DNA of 63,242 bases, filler included, from Rhabdomonas costata (lineage: Eukaryota): assembly GCA_019059605.1 (NCBI GenBank). It is 36 parts of 36 records of this genome, joined end to end, with 100 filler letters (N's around TTAATTAATTAA, not from the genome) between each part and the next. Parts side by side here need not be neighbours in the genome. Positions count along the whole stretch, not along the records: positions 36,944 to 38,601 come from JAHMHO010011147.1; positions 38,702 to 40,358 come from JAHMHO010011148.1; positions 40,459 to 42,117 come from JAHMHO010011149.1; positions 42,218 to 43,876 come from JAHMHO010011150.1; positions 43,977 to 45,633 come from JAHMHO010011151.1; positions 45,734 to 47,394 come from JAHMHO010011152.1; positions 47,495 to 49,152 come from JAHMHO010011153.1; positions 49,253 to 50,912 come from JAHMHO010011154.1; 28 more parts are not named here. The stretch is one strand, 5' to 3'. Shown here piece by piece: positions 37,206-49,709 of the stretch (within the stretch, counting starts at the first letter, position 1; each line of letters begins with the position of its first letter). A program made the position numbers and the translations under genes. Below the pieces are notes generated by a model, which worked only from the letters and a program-made list of their open reading frames with translations, was not told where the DNA came from and searched no databases.

Positions 37206-38945
37206 GGTGTGGGGGGCGGTCGGGGAAGAGAGGCTCAAAGAGAAAAGTCGTGTTTCCTGAAAATGGCAAGAGGTCTGGCTGAAAAGTGCGCAGAAGGGCT
37301 CGGAGAAGGAGAAACAAATTTGTTGGCAGAGCCAGAGCTCCCAAAAGACAACTTTAAGAGATTCAACAGACTTGGGAGGGCAAAGTTGCGTGGATTAGGA
37401 CGCGTTCAGGGCAAACTTCCCGGCTTCCAGACAAACTTCCTGACTTTTGGGCAAAAGCCTCCAAAGGTTTTTCGCTTGCAGGGTTGCTGGATACGTTCTT
37501 TTTTGGGGGGGCCCAGGGCTTGCCCACAGCCACCCTTTCCCGACTCCAATCCTTTCTCCTATTGGGAAGCCTGTTCTGTTGATCTCGGCGCTCTGCCGCC
37601 AGACCACAGTCATCCCTGAAATCCATCCGCACGGTGTTGCCAGAGTGTCCACGGCAAGTGTCCACTGCCTTCAAACGCCTCTTTGGTGACAGTGACGCCA
37701 AAGAAAAGGAAAGTGACGCAGGGTCGTGACTGAACGGTTGGGACAGATGCTGTTCAGACAACGGGAGCGTGGAGCAGCTCCTCCTGCAGCTTTGCACGTA
37801 AACGGATCAAGCAGGTGAGCCTTGCCGGTGTCTCCCTGTCTTCTCCCCAGCTTCTCTCACTTTTGGCCCGGACAGCAATGACTACGGGGTCTTCGTTTTT
37901 CTCGTTTTTTTCCTGCAAGGGCAGAGCGGCCCAAGATCCCCCACACAACGAATTCTCATTCCGGGTTCGGGAGAAAGCTCAAGTTCAACGACGCAGATGC
38001 ATAAAAAAGTGTAAGGAAGACCGGAAAGTACCCAAAATAGCATGGCCAACCCCACTGTGAGAGGCGACTCTGTTGCAGCAAGTGTGTGGCATGTCCCGTT
38101 TTCGGGGGGGGGGGGGAGCGCGGCATTTGCATTTTTTTCACGAGGAGGTTCCTGTTGTTTCCGAAGTGACGAAGTTCTGGTTCCGGAATCTGCTAAAGTG
38201 AAAGGGAGGGTGGCCGCTCGCCAAGAGCAACGGAAGGACGAGCAATTCCTCATCCGCGAAAGGGGCGGCGTCCCCCCCACCCGTTTAAGACGCAGTTGTA
38301 CAGTGTCTTGTCGTTCTCTGTCCTGGGTTTCTTCTTTGACTCCTCACCGCCTACGTCTCCCCGTCCCCACATTCTCCAGTTTGACTTCTTCACAGGTCCA
38401 TTCCAGTTCCAACCAACTGGCACAAAGTGCCACATTTTACGCCCCTTTTGTCTCCTCTCACACGCATGTAATCTTTTTCCTCCTGGCAGGCTTTCTTTTG
38501 CTTCGTTTTTGGTAGCGGAGTCAGCTCTTCTTGTTTTTCGCTTGGGCTGCTGTTCCTTTGCCCTTCCATCCCACGCGTGTGGTGGAAGGCGGAAGGGGGG
38601 CNNNNNNNNNNNNNNNNNNNNNNNNNNNNNNNNNNNNNNNNNNNNTTAATTAATTAANNNNNNNNNNNNNNNNNNNNNNNNNNNNNNNNNNNNNNNNNNN
38701 NTTGGGGTCCACAGCTACATACCACAACGCACCGATCTTCTGCAAGCGTCTGTCCGAAAATTCCTGCAGAGTTTCGGTATTCGGAATACCGTGATCAAGA
38801 TCAAGCGTGTCTGACAGCCTTTCAATAAGCTCGATTCGTCCACCAACGTATTCTTCAAGGTTCAAGGGAAACATTTTTAGGTGACGGCCGGTCCCACACA
38901 GTTAAGGAGCGCACTGACCCCAGCCACAACAAGAAATGCGCTTAC

Positions 38946-39361
38946 ATCGGTGACGATCCTCAACATCTCAGCCAAGTCCAGGCTGCCATCCTTGTAAGCG
39001 GCCACGAAACTGAGGGCCTTGGCCACAAACATCCGGTGAACCTGCTGATGCTCCGCGAGCTTCGGATACTCAATCATCTGCAGAAGCTGTGTGAAGGGGG
39101 GATGCCGTGTTTGGATCGTCCAGTGCTTGAAAACCAGGGCGATTGAAAAAAAAACGGGACCAACAAAAAAAGTGGGACGAGAGCTATGAGCAGGGAGAGG
39201 GTGCGATCGATAGGACAGGGGAAAAGGAGACGACCAGCTCCTCGGACTCGAAGTGCTCGGCGCAGTACGACACCATGCCCTTTAGCGCGCGCAGCGTCAG
39301 CGCCCCTGGGCGACCCTCGACGTAGCACCGCCGGACCTCCTCGATCATCTCGAACAGGTGC
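38946..39361 (-). CDS. Hemerythrin (di-iron HHE) domain, two exons: 39361-39235, 39086-38946
   Basis: Spliced product HLFEMIEEV...MVSYCAEHFESEEL|LLQMIEYPKLAEHQQVHRMFV has the exact HFxxEE-x7-YP-x4-HxxxH spacing. Confidence 0.92.
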
Positions 39362-41719
39362 CTGTGCTGCAGAAAAACGGTAAAAGAAAAGTCGACGGAG
39401 CGGACACACCTAACCCTTGGTCAGACCTTAATACGAATACGAATAATTTTAGACAAAAATACGCGCAGAAGGCATCGCAAAGCTGGAATGAGACGAACTC
39501 CCCATTAATCCTAAGTATGAAAACGGACAGCAACACCGACAACCTGAATCATAAAAATGCAAAAGGAGGAGCGTCACGACAATGTCTCATGCGTCACAAA
39601 TGAACATGAACCATCAACAGTGGTTCGCAACCCTCACAACCCACTTGGTGGGCAAAACCCTTTCTTCAGGGAAACATTCTGCTCAGCCCAGCCACAAAAC
39701 CTGGTAGTCAATCAGAGGCACGCCAATGGCGTACATTTCTGACCACAGGATAGGCTCCAGTATGCTGATGTCAGAGGCTCCGCAAGCTTTCAACTCGTCT
39801 GCCATTTTCGATTAAAAAAAACAACGGACACAAAAGGCGGCAGGGACGGCGCACGAGGTGGCAGTGAGGGGTGCGCGGTAGGGAGCTGGTGGTGAACAAA
39901 AAAGTGGAGCAAGTTGAGGATCGCAGACGTGCTTAGAAGACAGAGCTGCCAGCTTTCGCAGTAGATTCCGAAAAGCACACCCCCATCCGCAATCCTTTCC
40001 TACCGGAATCATAGAGGTATGGCCCACCATAGCAATAGAAAAGAACACCCTCTCCTTCTCTTTTTCACAGCTTGGCTGTCCGCGAACCGAAAAGACCAGA
40101 AACAGCACACTTCAAAAAGCACAAAGTTCAGAAGAGGAAGAAGAAGTGCAACGCAGTTAGTTGCCAGAGGGTGTATAACTCCCCAAAAGCACCGGCGGAA
40201 AACTGCGGCGGGTGGGGGACCTAAACGATGAAAAATAGAGTGGCGGGGATTCATCCCTGGGCAGGGGCGCCGGGGAGATGTTTCCCACGACTCCGCAAAA
40301 CCTCCCCCCCCCCCCAAACATATGCTACAGACAGGTGTTCACCAAGCAACACACAAACNNNNNNNNNNNNNNNNNNNNNNNNNNNNNNNNNNNNNNNNNN
40401 NNTTAATTAATTAANNNNNNNNNNNNNNNNNNNNNNNNNNNNNNNNNNNNNNNNNNNNGTTTTTGGGGTTTCTACTTTGCGTACGTTTGCTTACGTTCTG
40501 TCGAATTGTAGGGCCACCTTAGGTGGCCCGGGGCAGCCTGTAGGCCTTGTTAGGAGGACCTTTTTATGACATTCTTCTGGTGGCTACTGCTTACAGCAGC
40601 ATCTCGCGTGATCGCATGCAGCAAGTCCGATGATAAGGCAACAGCACTTCGGAGGCCTTGGGCCGCCTTATCGCTGGTACCGCCTTATCACTGCATTTGA
40701 CCAGCACAGCATAGAAGGGTGCGCCGAAACTCGGTGGATATTGTTGAGCCAAAGCCTTTTCAATTTCTTTTTGAAGCTTTCCTTCCTCTCTTCCTTGACA
40801 TTTTGATATGTGAGGGTCGCCTTTTTTCGACTGCTTGTGCGAGCTTCGCTACTTTTTTTTTGTTCCAGCCACCCTTGGCAGGTACCGTTTTTGGGTCGGG
40901 GCTAGTTGTGTTGCTTATGCGACGGACACCTTTTGCCGCGGCGGCAGCGTAAGTCTTCAATGAGAGCTTGGTTCTTTCCACCTAAGGGCTGTTTCGGTGT
41001 TACAGGTTGCTTATAGTCCTGAGTTCCCGCTATTCTTATGTGGGGATTTCTTCCGCTCTCATTACCTGGGTCATTAAGCCTGACACAATCCCTCTTCTAC
41101 GGATGAGACTGCTGGAAAAATGGGCACATTCCTGACAGAATCCGCTGAATAGATATTCATTCGCGTTACAACTCTAGCACTTACACACACGCACACACAC
41201 ACCGCAGCATTATTACACAGCTACCTGCCGTCTTCACGTTGACCACTCACCTGCAGACCACCTTTTCCATTGCAGCCCACGCTTCTTCCTCGCCCTTTCC
41301 AATCCGATTGGAGGTATGTATGGCGGTGGCGAACGGGTGCCTCGATAATGTACCCTTGGTTTCCCTGCACGTTGCAATACATAAACTGAATGGGGGTGCA
41401 GTTCACCCACCCACTCAGAGGAGAGATGGCATTCAATTTCTGGGAAGGCTGGAATGCAGGAGAGAACTGTCTGGAGGAGTGCCTCCGCTGGGCCGAGCAC
41501 AGAGCCCCTGAATCCTGAGTCCGTCGGGCAGTCAGCCTCGACTGTCTTGCCGCTGTCCGAAGTGTGACCGGAGGTGTGCTGTGCTATGTGATGATGCTTC
41601 TGATGACCAACCGGAGGAATCCGCGGTTTTCCGTTGGGCTGTTCTTTGCGAAGTTGGTTCTGATCGGGCTGCGGTCACTTCCGGAGCGGTTCCGGTACTC
41701 TGGGTGACGGGATTTCGAG

Positions 41720-42039
41720 CAGAACGCGGAGTGAAGCAGTTCATCAAGAGTGGGGCCCCGACGATCTTCTTCAACGATCTGACCTCCATCACAGAGCCCG
41801 ATGTGCTGGCCAATTACATAGCCAAGGAAACAGGCGACCGCACCCTGTACATGGTGTCCGAGATTGAGGGCTACAACATTGCCGAGCTTTCGTGCAAGAG
41901 GAAAGTAAGCAGAGTACTGGTGGAGTTTGGCGCGGCCGTCGACGTTCAGATTGTGGACCGCCACACGGCGGCCATTGGTGCAGGCCAAGCGAATCCCGAC
42001 CTGGTCACGGTGAAGGGAAAGTACAACCGGCAAGCATCG
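41720..42039 (+). CDS. Exon of a hypothetical protein (GVKQFIKSGAPTIFFNDLTSITEPDVLANYIAKETGDRTLYMVSEIEGYNIAEL...)
   Basis: GC3-rich globular-looking frame; boundaries approximate; family not recognised. Confidence 0.6.
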
Positions 42040-42217
42040 GTACTCTACTTGCGCTGGTCGAGTGCTTGATATTTCCAAGTTTGTGTCGGCCAATTTTTTG
42101 TAGACTCCCACCCACCCNNNNNNNNNNNNNNNNNNNNNNNNNNNNNNNNNNNNNNNNNNNNTTAATTAATTAANNNNNNNNNNNNNNNNNNNNNNNNNNN
42201 NNNNNNNNNNNNNNNNN

Positions 42218-43800
42218 TTGTTTGGGTCGATTTGAATAAGACGCTGCATGCTCATTCTATTTCTCAAACGCACTGCGAACCAAGTTCCACTAGTAATTCG
42301 TCTTCATCACTTGCAGACTCATCAAATCTCTTCTTGCTGCGAGCAATGGCTCTGGCGTCTTGGGAAAATCCAACCAAAACACTGGGTGATGCCCATAGTT
42401 GAGGTAAACGGACTGTACTCCGTGTTTTTAATCGGATCACAATCTCCACCAACACCACAAGATATTTCCACTTCACTTCACTCCAGGCCTCGTCGCAATT
42501 ATTGTACGGAACACTTTCTTCATTGTCTGATTTGTCATCTCTGCCTGGCCATTTGTATGCGGATGATACGTCGAATATATCATCTGCTAAATGTCCAAGA
42601 ATGTCATCAACTCCTTCTAAAACAACCACTCAGTGCCAGGCATTGTTACGAAATCTATTGATACAGATTCCAATTTTCTCACCCGAACCTCCAACACCTG
42701 AGTCCGGCCTCTGGGCAAATGATGATATGCTTTAAACCTCTGACAAATGTCACAAGACCTCACGTACTCATTGACTTTCCTCTTCATGTGGCGAAAGATG
42801 TAATTCCTCTGCAGCATTGTCGTAGTCCTCAACACTCCGCAATGTCCAGCTGCTGGAGATTATTGATACTTTGCAATCACATCCTGCTCTCTACTAAGAG
42901 GTGAAAAATATTTTCAAGGCATTCAAGGTATAACACAAATATTTACTCCTGATCGCTCTATCCGTCAGATAGGTAGGCCACAAATCATTCCCGCGATCTT
43001 CTTCGCATGGAGGTCCATCAAAGAACAAATTCACTTGCAGCGACAATTCTCCACTACACAATGCAATTACTATAGCCAACAACTCTGACTCCTCTGATGA
43101 ATAACGCGACAGCGCATCCGCTGCTACATTCAGCCTTTCTGTCACATGCATGATGTTCAACTTGTAGCGCTGTAACTTTTACAACCACCTTACCTGACTG
43201 GGCGAATTCTCGGATTTCTCTGCATGAAGGTCAACGCTAAATTATCAGTGTCAATGTCCCCACTCCTCCAAAGTGTCTACAAACGCCGACATCTGCTTCA
43301 TCATCATCTTTTTATAAACATGTCAACTTCTTCGACATGCAGGCCACGAGATCATTGTAATTTCCATAATGAAGTAGTATCGCTACAATCTGAAGGTCAA
43401 ACGCATCCGCATGCAAAGCAATATAATATAATATAATATAATAGGCTTACGAAAGTCTGGGGGCACTCGCACCGGGTTCTTTAACAACATCAGTTTCAGC
43501 TCTTGAAACGCTCTCTCTCATGGTTTTCTCCAAAGTGCTATTCCGCTTTATTCATCAAATCTGTCAATGGAGCGGCAACGGCATAATCTGAAACGAACAT
43601 CTGGTGGAACCAACAGAGACCAAGAAAGTGTCCAGCGCAGCTGGATCGATTCCCTTCCAACTTGACTTCCGAAGGACGGGGACGCGAAATAACCAATGCG
43701 AATAGGACTGTTTGCATTGTCCGCGCGGTCAACTGGCATGCTGGGTCCGCGTCTTGGCTTCCACAATGTGACGTGGCACCGCACGGGCAGTTGTCCCTGA
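42218..43800 (-). mobile_element. Decayed Ty3/Gypsy pol fragment (RT thumb, RNase H end, integrase)
   Basis: In order on the minus strand: FLGLCWFHQMFVSDYAVAAPLTDL, NVAADALSR, MKRKVNEYVRSCDICQRFK, ESVSIDFVTMP. Many stops and frameshifts. Confidence 0.93.
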
Positions 43801-44098
43801 GATCACTGACAGGTCTGAAGCTCTACCACAGAGCACAACCACAGTGAGAAACCATGTGTAACACCACCACAAACCCNNNNNNNNNNNNNNNNNNNNNNNN
43901 NNNNNNNNNNNNNNNNNNNNTTAATTAATTAANNNNNNNNNNNNNNNNNNNNNNNNNNNNNNNNNNNNNNNNNNNNTTTGGGGGGTGGGGGTGGGAAGCA
44001 CGTTTTTCCCAGCTTTTGGTCTCCGGCACTCTTTGCTCGCTGAACTTGTCTCTAATGTCCATGTGATGTCGTGTCCTCTTGATTTTTAATTGGTATAG

Positions 44099-44742
44099 CG
44101 GACCCGAAGAGCCCAGAGTTCCAGCGCTTCGTGGCGGAGTACACCTTTGAGGACGTGCTGCGGCGGTTCAAGTCCGCCCTGCCCCCAATTGAGAACCTGA
44201 TCAGCATGGTCCCCGTGATCAAGCCCCGCAAGTACAGCATCGCGAGCTCCTCCGCGCTGCACCCCGACAGCGCCCACCTAGTGATCGTGCTGTGGGAGGG
44301 CGCCCTGCCCAGCGGGCGGAAGCGGGTGGGGCTGTGCACGCAGTACCTCTTCGGGCTGGACCCTCGCGAGAGGCCCAAGATCGCTGCCCAGGTCCACTCC
44401 GCTAAGTCACACACATTCTTAGACTGTGTTCAAACACCTCGGAGGGAAGGGTTAAGCTGTCATGTGTCAATTAGATTTCTTCTTGGCCGAGAACCCTGTC
44501 GTAGTATTGCCCTGACCCGCTTTGGAAAATCGTGCAGCCACAACGACAAGAAATTGTTGTTCAAGGCGAATGCCAACCACAAGCGCAGCTGCACCCGCAC
44601 GCTCTCACACGTCGTCGCATACACGCACCCTCAGGTCCATGAGGGGATCTTGGTGCCCCCGGAGGACCCGATGACGCCATGCATGTTCATTGGGCTTGGC
44701 ACGGGAATCGCCTCTGTGCGAGCCTTCCTACAGGAGCGAGAG
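44099..44742 (+). CDS. Diflavin reductase FAD/NAD(P)-binding module (CPR-like; PNO C-terminus or sulfite reductase flavoprotein-like), exons 44099-44391, 44635-44742
   Basis: YTFEDVLRRFKSALPPIENLISMVPVIKPRKYSIASS...GRKRVGLCTQYL...PCMFIGLGTGIASVRAFLQER carries the RxYSIAS, GxCT and GxGTGIA motifs. Confidence 0.92.
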
Positions 44743-46274
44743 GTGGCTTTCCGCTTCCGCGCGTGTGTTGTCTGTCGTGCGTGCGATGGGTGCGGGTAGC
44801 TTGTTTTGGGAGAGGGGGATGGGGTTGTGCTTCGGGCTCACAAAAAGGAGGGCGCTCTTTCAGGGATTCCGGTTTTGCATTTGGAGAAAAAAGTTGCAAA
44901 TTAAAAAAAGAATCCCTGCGCTCTCTCTTACTCGCTTGTCTCTCACTTGCTTCCGTCTCCCGCGCCCCCTACACCTGCTCTTTTTAGAGGACTCGTATTT
45001 GCATCTGCGCGCTGTTGTGTGCCCGCGCGCCCTCCGCGACGCCTGCCCCTCTGTTCCTTAGGCCGTGCAGCGCGCTGGCGGGAAGCTGGGGAAGTGCCAC
45101 CTGTGGTTCGGTGTCCGCCACCGCAAGCACGACAACCTCTTCGAGGGTGTGTGGGGATGTGTCGAGGGGATGTGGTGATGGGACCTCGAGAAAGCAATGG
45201 CCTCTGTCGCATTTAGATTTATGTTAGACTTGGTTTACTATTACTTGTGGTTATGCGAGCTAATGCTGAAGGTATGGCTTGAGCGAGCAATGAAACTTAT
45301 TTTTTTTCAACAGCAGTCTTCAGCACCGTTCGGTTGCTTTTCGAGTGCCTTTCTTTGGGTTGCGTGCGTGTGTTTCCAACTCCACTTTTGGGGGAGAACG
45401 AGGGATAAGCTGTTCTCTGAACCCACCAGAAGGTGAGGGTCACGACTTGCACACGCACTAACATAAAATGGAGGGGGCTTGAAGGAAGAGGCGTTCTCAT
45501 GAAAACATGACTGATGCCTGATGTCAACATGGCGAACAGCTGCAACAGCTGGGAGAAGCTGGGATGTGTACTTGAATGTGGCGGGTCCTTTTGAGTGGTT
45601 CTGCTCTTGCTTGTTCCTTACCCCAACCCCCACNNNNNNNNNNNNNNNNNNNNNNNNNNNNNNNNNNNNNNNNNNNNTTAATTAATTAANNNNNNNNNNN
45701 NNNNNNNNNNNNNNNNNNNNNNNNNNNNNNNNNGGTTTTGGTGTTCGTGCACGTTTGCAAATGTTTGTGGAAACAGCTGATGTGCTGGGTCGGAGTTTTC
45801 CTGTGTCCGTGTGCGTGAGCGTGCATGTCTGCTGGGGGGCAGAGGAGCCACAAGGCGAGATGGATGATCCCAGTGTGACACTCCATCCAACTGTCCAAGA
45901 TAAGATGACGCGATTTTTTGAACGCTGAGAAAGGTGTCAGGTGTCGCGTTGCAGCCGGTGACTCTGCTCCCTCGGACTCCTGACTCATTTGACTTCTTGA
46001 TTCTTTGCTTAGATGTGTGGATTGACACTCCTCACTCAGTTATGCAAAACCATTGGCCTTTTCTTCATTGTATCGTATTGGCTACACTGCGTTTGGACAA
46101 CCTGTCAAGCAGAATCGAACTTTTTGAGGGCGACTACTGGTGAGTGTTTGGGGAAATTTACTGGACACTTGAGTCCATGCTGCGTGTTCCGATGCTTGCG
46201 GCAAGACAGTTTCTTCATTTACAAGAAGAAAAAAAGGAAGGGGAGATGGGCCAACCTCTCCCAGAGGTGCTAAC

Positions 46275-46411
46275 CCCGCCCCAGCGCCTGCAACCCTGGG
46301 GTCGTCCCAGGTGGTCTGCTGCGTGGTGTGGTCGAGGAAGTAGAACCTGCGGGCACCCTTGTCATACCGCCGCTCCCAGCCCGCGGGCAGGGGCAGAATG
46401 GCGGGGTCCAT
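46275..46411 (-). CDS. WW-domain protein, probable first exon
   Basis: [39 protein letters not shown] is a canonical WW domain; 3' boundary approximate. Confidence 0.9.
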
Positions 46412-46658
46412 TGTGCGGCGCAACCTTTGACAACCGCGGGCTCACCCCTCTCCCCCACTTCACACGGCGGGCGACCACCGGAGGACGAGGAAAGGGTGTG
46501 TCCTCAGCGTACTGTACAACACCATATCACAACGACAAACAGTAAACGTGGAAAAAGCGAGTCCTGTGAAGATGAAGGAGCACATTGATAGGATGCCATT
46601 GTCCGCATGGGGTCCATGTCAAGCGCAATCCGCAATCCGCAATCCCCCGAATTTGAGC

Positions 46659-46838
46659 ATCACAGTCAATGAGCTCATGCGCACTTCACCGGTGGGTATC
46701 AGTGCGTACCAGTAGATGGTATTGGAGGGGTAAAATACGCATGGTTAGCTGGGCATCTAGTGGACTGTGGTGGATACTTGGGGCATTAAAGCGGTGATTT
46801 TGGCACTTTTTGATGAATCACAGTCAATGAGCTCATGC
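46659..46838. repeat. 22-bp direct repeat atcacagtcaatgagctcatgc (46659-46680, 46817-46838)
   Basis: Two identical copies 158 nt apart. Confidence 0.85.
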
Positions 46839-47309
46839 TCATCCCACCTTCGGGTCGAATCGAGTAATAGGACGACGTGTTTGCGTAGACCGGAATTTTA
46901 ACATACAATTTTGGATCCATTCTGACTCAATCTGAGCAATGCCACTGTTCACACATAACCGAAAAACACATGGCGTGAAAAAGATGCTTCTCTCCCTCCT
47001 CTCCCACAAAACCATCGCCATAAGGGTGGCCATCCCCAGTCAAGTCCGTGTCCACCCGCGGGTCCCCCCTCCCACGGCAGGAATTAACCTGCGCACGACG
47101 TTGCTTTCTTCTTTCCCTCGCAGACCGAGTTTCACTGTTCTCATCCCTTTCCTTTTCTCATCGCACGCTGACACCAGCGGCCCCATCTTCTGCGGTGAAT
47201 GAATTGCACACTGGTGTCTCTGCTATCTCTGTCTTCGATGGTAGAGCAAGGACTCGAAGGGTGTTCTCTTGCCCATCCATCGACCCTCAGAGGACTCCGC
47301 AGGCATTCC

Positions 47310-47312
<3 letters not shown>

Positions 47313-47378
<66 letters not shown>
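47313..47378. repeat. (AGT)n microsatellite
   Basis: Directly visible; explains the poly-L and poly-S ORFs. Confidence 0.97.
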
Positions 47379-47379
<1 letters not shown>

Positions 47380-47608
47380 CTACTACTACCACAANNNNNN
47401 NNNNNNNNNNNNNNNNNNNNNNNNNNNNNNNNNNNNNNTTAATTAATTAANNNNNNNNNNNNNNNNNNNNNNNNNNNNNNNNNNNNNNNNNNNNTGTGTT
47501 GTGTGTTTGGGGTGTTGGTTCGAATGGGTGATTGAGTGAATGGTTTACTATTTTGTGCATTTCTTTTTCACACATTTACGTGCTTTTTTTTGTTTGTGGT
47601 TTTTACAG

Positions 47609-47687
47609 TTCGGGATCGAGCCTGACCAGATTGAGACAATGTGGGAGGAAGTTCATGAGAGCATCCGCAACTTCCCGAACGCCAAGC
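47609..47687 (+). CDS. Possible small internal exon (FGIEPDQIETMWEEVHESIRNFPNAK)
   Basis: T-rich tract and acag acceptor, coding-like composition, GT donor. Confidence 0.4.
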
Positions 47688-49254
47688 GTTTGTGGCACAC
47701 TTTTACTGAGTAAGTGGTGGTGGTGGGCGCATCTTTCAGCAACGTACAACGTTCTTTGTTGGCTGCTGCTTTGTAGTTTTGGAGGTCGGTTTTGGCACTT
47801 CTGGGAGCAGCCATCATCCAGTCAATCAGCTGCAGTTGTTCGACTGATTGATTATACTATTTCTTTATGGATTTTCACTTTTAAGCATTATGAATTCAAG
47901 GTGCTTTGATTAGGAACACGTGGGCTTTAAGCCCAAAAGGAAAAACACAAGGCTGGGGTTAGTCTAGGCTGGTGCTCGCGGTCTTTCTCCTTTGGACTTT
48001 TGGTGTGGTTTCCCTCGAGCGGGGTCTCCTGGATCCGGATTCCAGCCGCTGTCGCGCGCTAAAAGGCTCTGACGGCTGTCCGTGCTCTTCTTCGCCCTAC
48101 TCCGGGCTGTCTTCTGCGCACCACCAGGGCAGCGGGGCGCAGAGCTCTTTAAAACGGAAGGCCTTCCGGAAGTCACGTGCCCCGTTCCGTGACCACGAGA
48201 ACGCACCACCGACGGAAAGGAAAACACACATAACCAATACAATTTGGCGCCCCCTTTGTGCGCCACCCTTCTCCTTTGTCCTAAACCTCCTGGGCCTTCG
48301 TCTTTCCGGTCACCACTTTTCCCGCTCCCAGATTTCGGTTTTTGCCTCGGTCGCCTCTGGCCGGGAGGAATTACATTACCATTTTCCAACCGAAAAAACA
48401 AACAAACGCACCAAACAAAAGGCAACAGCACCGCTGCATCAAAGCACTTTGCCGCAAAGGGGAAAACAGCACGACGGCAGGTTCAGCAGCGGTGCGCCTG
48501 CAAGTCGTGAACTTGAAAAAACAATAGCCCCGCAAGTCTTGAGGTAACAAGGTTTTCCTTAAAGGCAACCCGGTGGAAAATTTGGATTGCGCAACGGTAA
48601 TTGGGTGAAAGGGGCGCAAAACGTGATGACTACTATTCCTCTTTGGTGCTATTTGCCGCACTTCCATCGAAGCCGCATCCTGCTCAACGGCCGGGCGGCG
48701 GCGCTTCTGAAGGCGCGGCTTTGTGGCTTGCACTCCTGGCCCGTGTTTTCCACACCCCTCCATGTAGGCCTTTTTCGTTTTTTTACTTTTTTGTTGCCCC
48801 CGCCGGTGGGTGGGCTAACCCTTGGGTAAAGGCGGGCAACCCTGGCAACCCATTTGGCCCGCAGATCGCGAAATACGAGCCAGTGAAGCCCTTTTTCGCG
48901 CAACTAACCATCCCTTCCACACTCCTTGTTCGCCAATTGACTGTCGAATTTTCGCCTCCCACCCTCGCTTGTCGCTGCTTCCGCGCCCTTGTTCAGCGCC
49001 TGCTCCCCGCCGGTCTCTCTCAGTACCGCGTTTTTTTAGCCTTTTGCATTGGCACCGCACAGTCAACCCCAAGGCTTCCATATATATAGCAGGCTACACC
49101 GTAAACTGAGAGTTTTTTTAAACCACGGCACACCACAGGATGCCGCAAACAANNNNNNNNNNNNNNNNNNNNNNNNNNNNNNNNNNNNNNNNNNNNTTAA
49201 TTAATTAANNNNNNNNNNNNNNNNNNNNNNNNNNNNNNNNNNNNNNNNNNNNGG

Positions 49255-49433
49255 TTTATTCGTTGCGTTTGGCAATCAAAATCGACAGTGCATTCGTGAT
49301 ATATATATTCAATTTTCAGTGGCATCTGCTCCAACTCTCACTTCTGACGTTACCCGGTCCATATACCACTGAAAATTGAATATATATATCACGAATGCAC
49401 TGTCGATTTTGATTGCCAAACGCAACGAATAAA
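49255..49433. repeat. 68-bp perfect inverted repeat (49255-49322 / 49366-49433) at contig start; probable amplification fold-back
   Basis: Perfect reverse complement starting 2 nt into the contig. Confidence 0.88.
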
Positions 49434-49709
49434 GCCCAAAATATATCGCGGCCTCGATATGAATCACAACCATTCGTTTCAGTTCTGAGGATCCCACGCG
49501 GTGCAGAGAGCCCTGACTTGTTAGTGTCTCACATGAGAACACAAACAGCAGGTTAAGGGAAACAAAGATTGCACATGTCAAGCAGAATAGTTCTGACTGG
49601 GAGTTACTCAGCAGCTGGTGCGCTAGCCTACGCTCTATCTTATTGATGACGCAATGCTCGACACGCTTGGTCCATGAAGAAGAAACACACTCAAAGGCTG
49701 AGTATTTAC

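Noticed and set aside
40760..40981. Lys-rich ORF (TYAAAAAK...) as a LINE ORF1 or histone H1-like protein
   Set aside because: Only compositional similarity; no zinc knuckle, endonuclease or RT nearby.
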